Source: a virus. Taken from it: DNA of 64,000 nucleotides. The stretch's first letter is position 1. Each line of letters opens with the position of its first letter. The stretch is taken from IMG/VR virus record IMGVR_UViG_2554235236_000002; one strand, 5' to 3'. Under the pieces are notes generated by a model. It was not told the DNA's origin. It made no database searches and saw nothing but the letters and a program-made list of their open reading frames with translations. Positions 57,466 through 64,000 of this stretch are shown piece by piece. The translations under genes were made by a program, and so were the position numbers.

Positions 57466-58842
57466 ATGGAATCTCCTGTGATTTTTGATATGGAAGCAGA
57501 TAAAAAGTTGATGGAAGAACTAATTGAGACTAAATTAAAAATACAACATGATAATAAATTAATGACAGCATATAGACAAGCTATGATGAAGGACAAATTT
57601 CCTCCAGGGAAAGCGCAAGAACTTTTCAATAAGCTTAGCAGTCCACATGCAAGATTAACGACTGGAGAGAAATATTTTCTCGCGAAAAACCTACACAGGA
57701 TCACTAAAGAGGAAAGAATTTCTCCTGAAAACTATTTCCCACCGAACGGAATAAAGGATATAGAACTTAACTGGGAAGGCTACAAAACGGATGAAGTATC
57801 GTTCCCGTACACATTTACAGATGTTACAAAGATTGCTTCAGACAATTATTTCTTTAAGGTGAAAGCGAGCGAATTATTTAAGCTTTATGAATCACAATTG
57901 CTTCGCTACAATCCAAAGGCTCAACGAACTGACAGGACAATTCATTTAAAAGAAGTAGATGATGAAATACCCGTTCCTGAGTTGGTTGAGTCTTCAGTCG
58001 AAGCTATAGCGCAATTAACAGAAAAGAACGACTTGATAAAGTCAGTATTGACATTTAACGCACTATTAGGGAGCTCAGAAGAAGGAATCGAGCTTTTATT
58101 CGATGAGGAAGAAAGAAAAATAACTGTTACTAAAGGCACTCGTTTGGACGTAATTGATGGTTGGCACAGACTGACTGGTATAAGTAGAGCTTTCAGAAGA
58201 AATCCAAATATCAAAGATTTTTATTTGAAAGTTGATTTGTATAACTACACAATGAAAAAAGCAAGAAAACACTTCGGACAACAAAATACCATTAACCCGG
58301 TGGCCAAATCAAAGATCGCGGAAATGAGTGAGAACGATTATCTTTCTGTTGTCATTAACTTTATTAAAGACAACAGTGACATCGGAGAATTAATTAAAGT
58401 GAATGAGGACAGCATACGCAAGGGAGAGCCTTATATCACCACTTTCGAAAGATGTCTCAAAGGACTAAAAAGGGCTTTGAATACATTTGACTATACAGTT
58501 GAAAATTTAGCCGAAGCAAGAAAGCTTGGCATGTATTTGACGGAAGTATTTAATACGGTTTTTAATTCGTATATAGATGATTTTACAAACCATTCCTTTG
58601 GGGAAAGTAAAAGTGCTATAACAACTTCTCCAGTCATTTTAGGAGTTTTAGCCTTGGGGATTAAAATGAAGTTAGAATCAAAATCTGCAGATGATGTGGA
58701 GGATGTGCTATCTAACTTAGATTTTTCCTTGGATAACAAACTGTGGCGAGAGCTTAAATTAGTAAGCGAGGATACAAAACTAAATAATAATGCAATTAAA
58801 GATACATTCGAATTTTTTAGTCGGTTGACAACAGAGGTGTAA
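57466..58842 (+). CDS. yopQ: DndB/DGQHR-domain protein
   Basis: VIDGWHRL...FGQQN; 458 aa. Confidence 0.82.
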   Translation: MESPVIFDMEADKKLMEELIETKLKIQHDNKLMTAYRQAMMKDKFPPGKAQELFNKLSSPHARLTTGEKYFLAKNLHRITKEERISPENYFPPNGIKDIELNWEGYKTDEVSFPYTFTDVTKIASDNYFFKVKASELFKLYESQLLRYNPKAQRTDRTIHLKEVDDEIPVPELVESSVEAIAQLTEKNDLIKSVLTFNALLGSSEEGIELLFDEEERKITVTKGTRLDVIDGWHRLTGISRAFRRNPNIKDFYLKVDLYNYTMKKARKHFGQQNTINPVAKSKIAEMSENDYLSVVINFIKDNSDIGELIKVNEDSIRKGEPYITTFERCLKGLKRALNTFDYTVENLAEARKLGMYLTEVFNTVFNSYIDDFTNHSFGESKSAITTSPVILGVLALGIKMKLESKSADDVEDVLSNLDFSLDNKLWRELKLVSEDTKLNNNAIKDTFEFFSRLTTEV

Positions 58843-58845
58843 ATA

Positions 58846-59847
58846 ATGGAACTGTATAATGATACGGTAAAGAAAAAGTTTATAGAACAAGTCAAAAAGG
58901 AAGAGCAGCCCCAGTTATTATCAATATTCCGAAAAGGTGCAGAACTTGAAGAATATTTGAAAAAAGATATTTACGATTTTAATTCTAAAGAAATTCTTGA
59001 GTTCCTAACTCTGTTGAATAGATCCACGCTTTCTTCTATAATGAGCTGCTGGTCTCACATCACAAGGTATATTGATTGGGCAATTTATCAGAATATCACT
59101 AAAGGTACTACAAATTTGTCTAGAGACTTAACTATTGATGATGTTAAGAACTGCGTTGATGAAGGGAAGAAGCTCTATATTACTTTAAATGAGCTCAAAG
59201 AAATTTTAGATACCTTAGTGAATCCCAGAGACAGAGCCATGTTAATTCTGCTATTTGAAGGGGTTCAAGGTTTCAAATGCAGTGAAATATTAAATCTTGA
59301 AAAATCAGATATTGAAAAAGCCTTACAGAATAACAACATTTTAACCGTAACTGATGATAAGCATGGGCAGAGAGATATCAAAGTGAGTGATGAATGTCTT
59401 AAAATTTGTCTTAAAGCTGCAAATGAACCAGTGTATCAAAAGAAAAATGGATATTCTGAAGCGTTTAATAAAGAAACAATATTAGCTGATAATAATTTTG
59501 TAATTAGAAACCGAAGAACCAATTCAGATAAAGATCAAGAAAGATCTTCGTTTTTTGTCATAATTAACACGATGAGATATATTTTCTCACCAGAGTTTTT
59601 TGATTATCCATATGTTAACCCAACAAGAATAAATAGGTCTGGTGTTTTATATGAAGGATTTAAAGTGTATAAAGAAAAAGGGAAATTAGAAACAGAAGAT
59701 TATATTAATATAATTCAAAAGAGAAGCGAAAGATATGAAGACATTCATAAAAAGGTTTACAAGGTTAAAGAATATATGAATGAAGATGAGATTAAAAAAT
59801 ATTATGCGAAAGAGCTTGGAATTGAGGGTACTATTAGAATGCGTTAA
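58846..59847 (+). CDS. yopR: Master repressor (MrpR/SroF), integrase-like fold
   Basis: LLFEGVQGFKCSEILNL, INRSG; last gene of the operon. Confidence 0.82.
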   Translation: MELYNDTVKKKFIEQVKKEEQPQLLSIFRKGAELEEYLKKDIYDFNSKEILEFLTLLNRSTLSSIMSCWSHITRYIDWAIYQNITKGTTNLSRDLTIDDVKNCVDEGKKLYITLNELKEILDTLVNPRDRAMLILLFEGVQGFKCSEILNLEKSDIEKALQNNNILTVTDDKHGQRDIKVSDECLKICLKAANEPVYQKKNGYSEAFNKETILADNNFVIRNRRTNSDKDQERSSFFVIINTMRYIFSPEFFDYPYVNPTRINRSGVLYEGFKVYKEKGKLETEDYINIIQKRSERYEDIHKKVYKVKEYMNEDEIKKYYAKELGIEGTIRMR

Positions 59848-59850
59848 AGC

Positions 59851-59876
59851 AGCGTCCGGAATCGGGCGCTTTTTTT
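59851..59876 (+). terminator. Terminator of the sro operon
   Basis: AGCGTCCG/CGGGCGCT stem plus T-run. Confidence 0.8.
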
Positions 59877-60165
59877 ACTGAAATAAAAATCTTCATTTTT
59901 AATAAAATAAACACAAAAATTATCGGAAAAATCGGATTATACGTGTTTGTTCGACATGATAAGACAAAAGTAGCTATTCTCATGAAAAATAATATGTAGT
60001 AATATGGGCATATGTTAATGGAAGTCAATCAAAACGAATGAGTCTAAAGTCCTTTTTGTGAGTGAACTATTATTGAACAACCTCTGACTAGGGATATCTA
60101 GAGCATAAAAATATCTCTGGATATGCTTAGAAAAAAGAGGTATAATAAACTCACGAACAAAAAAC

Positions 60166-60179
60166 AGAACATACGTTCT
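60166..60179. promoter_or_regulatory. LexA/DinR SOS box
   Basis: aGAAC-atac-GTTCt just downstream of TATAAT (60141). Confidence 0.7.
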
Positions 60180-60209
60180 TATTTAAATTCATTATAGGAT
60201 ATAGGGGAA

Positions 60210-60470
60210 ATGAGAATGAAAAAACAAAAGTATTTAAACAATTGTTCTTTGCAAATTGATACAGTCATTGAAAACGCGGCAAGTTCAACTGAGTATTCAA
60301 AAAATAAAGCGGAGTTTATTCTTGAAAAACTTATGGAGGCATATAAGGTTGTTTTTGTGAAAGTCGACGGAGAAACTGAGGAGTTTGAGATCTGTAACTT
60401 GGAATATGAAATTGAGAATACTGAAGAAGATGAATGTGGCCAACCACTGGCCTTAGCTATGGCTAAATAA
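60210..60470 (+). CDS. yopT: YopT-like protein
   Basis: YLNNCSLQIDTVIEN...VFVKVDG...LEYEIENTEE resembles SPbeta YopT. Confidence 0.7.
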   Translation: MRMKKQKYLNNCSLQIDTVIENAASSTEYSKNKAEFILEKLMEAYKVVFVKVDGETEEFEICNLEYEIENTEEDECGQPLALAMAK

Positions 60471-60482
60471 AAGGGAAAAAGT

Positions 60483-60677
60483 ATGGATATCTCAATAAAT
60501 GTTGCTCTAGAGAGCGTAGACATCAAATTAAAAAGCAAAAGTCTTTCATCAAATCAGTTCTCGGCCGTTATGATTCTAAGTGATACAAGTAACAACAATT
60601 TAAAATTAATTATGCCAATTGAGGATATTGTGGAATTGAGGGATGAAATCAATGAGTTTCTATTCAAAGTGAGATGA
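60483..60677 (+). CDS. Hypothetical protein (yopU position)
   Basis: 64 aa ORF with RBS. Confidence 0.65.
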   Translation: MDISINVALESVDIKLKSKSLSSNQFSAVMILSDTSNNNLKLIMPIEDIVELRDEINEFLFKVR

Positions 60678-60793
60678 TGCCACCGGGGTCTCAGTCAATA
60701 GGGTTAAAAAGTAATCAAATTTTATTGCTTTTTGAAAATCCCTATTGACTAAACTTTTCTTGGGTTATACAATTTAAATACAAATTAAAAGGA

Positions 60794-61012
60794 GTGGTTG
60801 AATTAGAACTTGTTTTTAAAAAAATGGGTAAGATACTTGATTCACACACAAGAGCCTCAAAAAATTTGAAACAGAGTGATTACAGAAGGGTCATTGGTGA
60901 TTTGCACTTTGTTATTGAGAATGCACAAGAGATTGTATACATATTAAATGAATTGATTAGAGAAAAGGAAGAGGGGCAACAACATGATCGCTGCATATCC
61001 AACAAGAATTGA
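60794..61012 (+). CDS. Hypothetical protein
   Basis: ORF behind a TTGACT-17-TACAAT-like promoter. Confidence 0.65.
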   Translation: MVELELVFKKMGKILDSHTRASKNLKQSDYRRVIGDLHFVIENAQEIVYILNELIREKEEGQQHDRCISNKN

Positions 61013-61208
61013 AATTAAAGACTACAGTAAAGTAGGCTTAGTAAAGAGAATAAGAGAAAAGGAGGCAGCTGGATGGGAATGTATCCAACCTATCTCAAAA
61101 AGATGTAAAGAGGCAGTTATTACCAACTGTGTCGATAGTGGGCTAAAGTACAAACGAGCGTATGTTAGTCGTTTTGAGCATTATGTTGTTATGAAAAAGA
61201 CCAAATAA
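60984..61208 (+). CDS. Hypothetical protein
   Basis: ORF with RBS. Confidence 0.65.
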   Translation: MIAAYPTRIEIKDYSKVGLVKRIREKEAAGWECIQPISKRCKEAVITNCVDSGLKYKRAYVSRFEHYVVMKKTK

Positions 61209-61279
61209 GCAAATTAAAAGTAAATAAAAGATTAATTTTATACAAATTAAAAGGGGGAATACATATAACTTCAATTACA

Positions 61280-62443
61280 TTGTCAACAATGCAGCAACAA
61301 GCCGTGGAAAGTATTGAAGATTGGTTTAAAGGGGAGGGTAAAGCACCCTACTTCTTAGCAGGGTATGCTGGGACAGGGAAAACCACACTTGTTAATTACG
61401 TAATTGATAAGCTGAAGATCAAGCTTTCTGAAGTAGCATTTGCATGTTATACGGGAAAAGCGGCACTGGTAGTAACACAGAAAGCTCAAGGAAAGTATAA
61501 AGCAAGCACGATACACAGTTTGATTTACGACACCTACGTGGATAAAAAAACTGGAGATCTAACTGTAAAGAAAAAATCAAAAGATATGCTGTCACACCTT
61601 AAATTAATTGTAGTTGATGAGGCCTCAATGGTAGACGGGCAGATTATGAGTGATCTGAGGTCTTTTGGAGTAAAGATTCTTTTTATTGGAGATACAGGGC
61701 AATTGCCGCCAGTCTCACAAAACAAAAATGAGGAATTTCTTCAGATGTTCAATAACCCTGATTTCACATTGACAGAAATTCACCGACAAGCTGCAGAAAA
61801 TCCAATCATATACCTGTCAATGCTTGCGCGAACTAAACAAAAAATTGAACCTGGCACGTATGGGAAAAATGGCGAAGCGGTAGTGATTACTCATTCGACC
61901 TGGGAAACAATGAAAGAGCATTTTTACGAGAAAGCAGATCAGATTATTTGTGGTTATAACAGGACAAGAAAGCATTTGAATTCTGAGATAAGAAAGTTCT
62001 TAGGATATGAAAGTGACTTTCCTCTTGAAGGCGATAAGATGATCTGTTTAAAGAATGACTGGAATAAAAATCTTGATGATATAAGTCTGGTTAATGGTAT
62101 GACTGGATATGTAAGCAAAGTTTATCAAGAAGATGCTGTTAGTGAAAAGCTTAAATACGATTCGACCGTTATTGATTTTCAACCAGATTTTACTGGCGAT
62201 TATTTCGAAAAACTTGTTATTCCAAATGACTCGTTAACTGATGATGCATTTAAGCTGCAGCCGCATGAACATAAAATTTATAACTCTTTTGAATATGGTT
62301 ATGTAATCACTTGCCACAAATCACAAGGATCGCAGTGGGAAAAGGTTGTAGTCATTGATGAAGTCCTAGACAGAGATATGCACCACAGATGGCTCTATAC
62401 AGCAATAACACGAAGTTCAGAAAAGTTAGTGTTAGTGGTGTAA
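61280..62443 (+). CDS. RecD/Dda-like SF1B DNA helicase
   Basis: GYAGTGKT, IVVDEASM, GDTGQLPPV, IHRQ, TCHKSQGSQW, YTAITR. Confidence 0.92.
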   Translation: MSTMQQQAVESIEDWFKGEGKAPYFLAGYAGTGKTTLVNYVIDKLKIKLSEVAFACYTGKAALVVTQKAQGKYKASTIHSLIYDTYVDKKTGDLTVKKKSKDMLSHLKLIVVDEASMVDGQIMSDLRSFGVKILFIGDTGQLPPVSQNKNEEFLQMFNNPDFTLTEIHRQAAENPIIYLSMLARTKQKIEPGTYGKNGEAVVITHSTWETMKEHFYEKADQIICGYNRTRKHLNSEIRKFLGYESDFPLEGDKMICLKNDWNKNLDDISLVNGMTGYVSKVYQEDAVSEKLKYDSTVIDFQPDFTGDYFEKLVIPNDSLTDDAFKLQPHEHKIYNSFEYGYVITCHKSQGSQWEKVVVIDEVLDRDMHHRWLYTAITRSSEKLVLVV

Positions 62444-62489
62444 AGCTTAATTTGAATAAAAGTAAAACTTTAAACAAATTAAATGGAGG

Positions 62490-62783
62490 ATGAAGATGAT
62501 TGTCAAAAAACAAACCAAAAAGATGGTTATAGAAGTGTTTCATAATTCCTTGGATAAGATGTGGGAAACAATCAAGCAACTGGAACAAGAAGGGTGGTCT
62601 GGAAACACAAGAGTGAGTGTTGTAGGGATGCCTCTCTTTGAATTTAAATTACGTAATGATGAGGAGGTAAAGAAGTTTAAAGAATTATATCAGACAACAA
62701 AAGTGCAAGAGCCTGAAGAAGATTCACTCTTTGATGACTGTCCGTATGTACTCTATACAATTCATGAACGTGAAATTGAATAA
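62490..62783 (+). CDS. Hypothetical protein
   Basis: ORF with GGAGG RBS. Confidence 0.7.
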   Translation: MKMIVKKQTKKMVIEVFHNSLDKMWETIKQLEQEGWSGNTRVSVVGMPLFEFKLRNDEEVKKFKELYQTTKVQEPEEDSLFDDCPYVLYTIHEREIE

Positions 62784-62827
62784 AATTGAAGTTTTAATAA
62801 GAATTCAACAAATAGGGAGAGTTTTCA

Positions 62828-63052
62828 ATGAACCTAAAGTTACAAGATTACTTTAAAGAATTGGACACAAATCTAAAGGAATTAGGAACGTCTGATTCAT
62901 CAATTGAATATGCACCGCATATTAGAGATGAATTCGATAAGGTCATTTATAGCTTAAATAAAATAAAAAACTATTTAGGTGGGGAAGAAATAACCCACAC
63001 ATCAGATAAATATTTTCAATACAAAGACTGCTTTAAAGGAAATGAGAGGTGA
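62828..63052 (+). CDS. Hypothetical protein
   Basis: ORF with RBS. Confidence 0.65.
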   Translation: MNLKLQDYFKELDTNLKELGTSDSSIEYAPHIRDEFDKVIYSLNKIKNYLGGEEITHTSDKYFQYKDCFKGNER

Positions 63053-63302
63053 ACAGTTAATGAAATTAAGGATAATGAGATGTTCAGACGCAAGCTACTG
63101 GTATAGAGATAAGATAGGTATGTATTACGATGTATTAAATAAAGGCGGGATAGCTCACAGTGTACAACATGATTCAAACACTCCTTTATCAAAAGCTGCA
63201 GTTCTTAAAGAAGATGCCATTATTTTTGAAGATGAAAAGCTTGATAAGGTTAAGCAGTTATTTAGAAAACTAGATAATCAGCTAAAAAAGATTTGTTTAT
63301 AG
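63042..63302 (+). CDS. Hypothetical phage protein (likely start 63060)
   Basis: ORF; GAGGTG RBS. Confidence 0.65.
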   Translation: MRGEQLMKLRIMRCSDASYWYRDKIGMYYDVLNKGGIAHSVQHDSNTPLSKAAVLKEDAIIFEDEKLDKVKQLFRKLDNQLKKICL

Positions 63303-63316
63303 GAGGAAAAATGTAA

Positions 63317-63553
63317 ATGGGTTCATTATTTCAGGAAGAGATTAATAATAATTTATCTGACGAAGTAATTCGGCTGAAAGAAGAAAACAAAAATTTAAAA
63401 ACAGAAAAAGAGAATCTAATAGATTCATTAGGTTGGTTAGCTGAACAATTTGAATTAAGACTATCCAGTAAGCCTGCCACAAACGTAGTTGAATCATTAT
63501 CATATGCGTATAGTCTTCTTAGAAAATTTCATGATGATTATAAGGATAAATAG
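63317..63553 (+). CDS. Coiled-coil hypothetical protein
   Basis: ORF with AGGAGG RBS. Confidence 0.65.
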   Translation: MGSLFQEEINNNLSDEVIRLKEENKNLKTEKENLIDSLGWLAEQFELRLSSKPATNVVESLSYAYSLLRKFHDDYKDK

Positions 63554-63728
63554 CTAAGATAAAAGGATTATTTTATTCAAAGAGGGGATGAATGTATCGG
63601 TTACATCAAATACATATTTGAAACAGCATGGTTTAACTTAGTATGGTTTAAATGGCATTTGGGAGCAGATATAAAAGCGTTTGAGAATTGCAGCTGGAAA
63701 GACTATATAGATTCCAAGAGGAGGGACA

Positions 63729-63929
63729 ATGATGAATTACAATCTTAATGATAAGACCCTTAAAGAGATTTTTGATTTTTATTTTGAGTCCCATGGTCAG
63801 AAAGTGGAAGAAGTTCAGTTTCTTGAAAACCGTGTTCTTGTAAGAACTAAATCAAAAGTCAATAAGCGTATTGATATTCCTGAATTCATACATAAAAGAC
63901 CACACAGATCAAAATATGCGATTATCTAA
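63729..63929 (+). CDS. Hypothetical protein
   Basis: ORF with GGAGG RBS. Confidence 0.65.
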   Translation: MMNYNLNDKTLKEIFDFYFESHGQKVEEVQFLENRVLVRTKSKVNKRIDIPEFIHKRPHRSKYAII

Positions 63930-64000
63930 AAGACAATTAAAAATATAAAAAACGAGGACAAGGAGAATGAAATGAATCCAAGGCAAGCATTTAGAATCTT

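Larger units (their letters stand above)
1..64000. mobile_element. SPbeta-like temperate phage/prophage (internal segment; no att sites in window)
   Basis: Gene order matches SPbeta yomI-yonO / yonT-yopT, with YonO RNAP, arbitrium aimR/aimP and yopP-Q-R; no host housekeeping genes in the window. Confidence 0.97.

Noticed and set aside
44950-63575. CRISPR array interpretation of the repeated palindromes
   Set aside because: Spacing is irregular (hundreds to thousands of nt, with genes between), repeats are too short, and there are no cas genes

Overview
The whole window lies inside an SPbeta-like (Bacillus subtilis group) prophage or phage genome, and both ends are truncated. The left arm (1-35.6 kb, mostly minus strand) is the late morphogenesis region. 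Reading leftward it holds the YonO-type single-subunit RNA polymerase, HU, a phosphoesterase, terminase, portal, protease/scaffold, major capsid protein, head-tail and tail genes, the YomM recombinase, and the 5' part of the tape-measure gene. The right arm (37.4-64 kb, plus strand) is the early and accessory region: yonT type I toxin, yonV, many small genes, the arbitrium pair aimR/aimP (predicted peptide GFTVGA), the sro/yopP-Q-R lysogeny operon and a RecD-like helicase. The most notable feature is the amount of catalytic and structured RNA that the ORF track misses. This includes two ORF-less group I introns 168 nt apart in the tape-measure gene, a pistol self-cleaving ribozyme between early genes (44632-44696), and a non-canonical tRNA-Trp within about 1.6 kb of hairpin-rich sequence around a DIP1984-like gene. 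Accessory cargo includes a 736-aa free-standing endonuclease with a divergent Arc-type regulator, an orphan MazF/PemK-like RNase, a closticin-574-like bacteriocin with an immunity gene, a minimal protein kinase and several families of repeated intergenic motifs. SPbeta gene symbols were assigned from recalled sequence, size and synteny, not from a database search.
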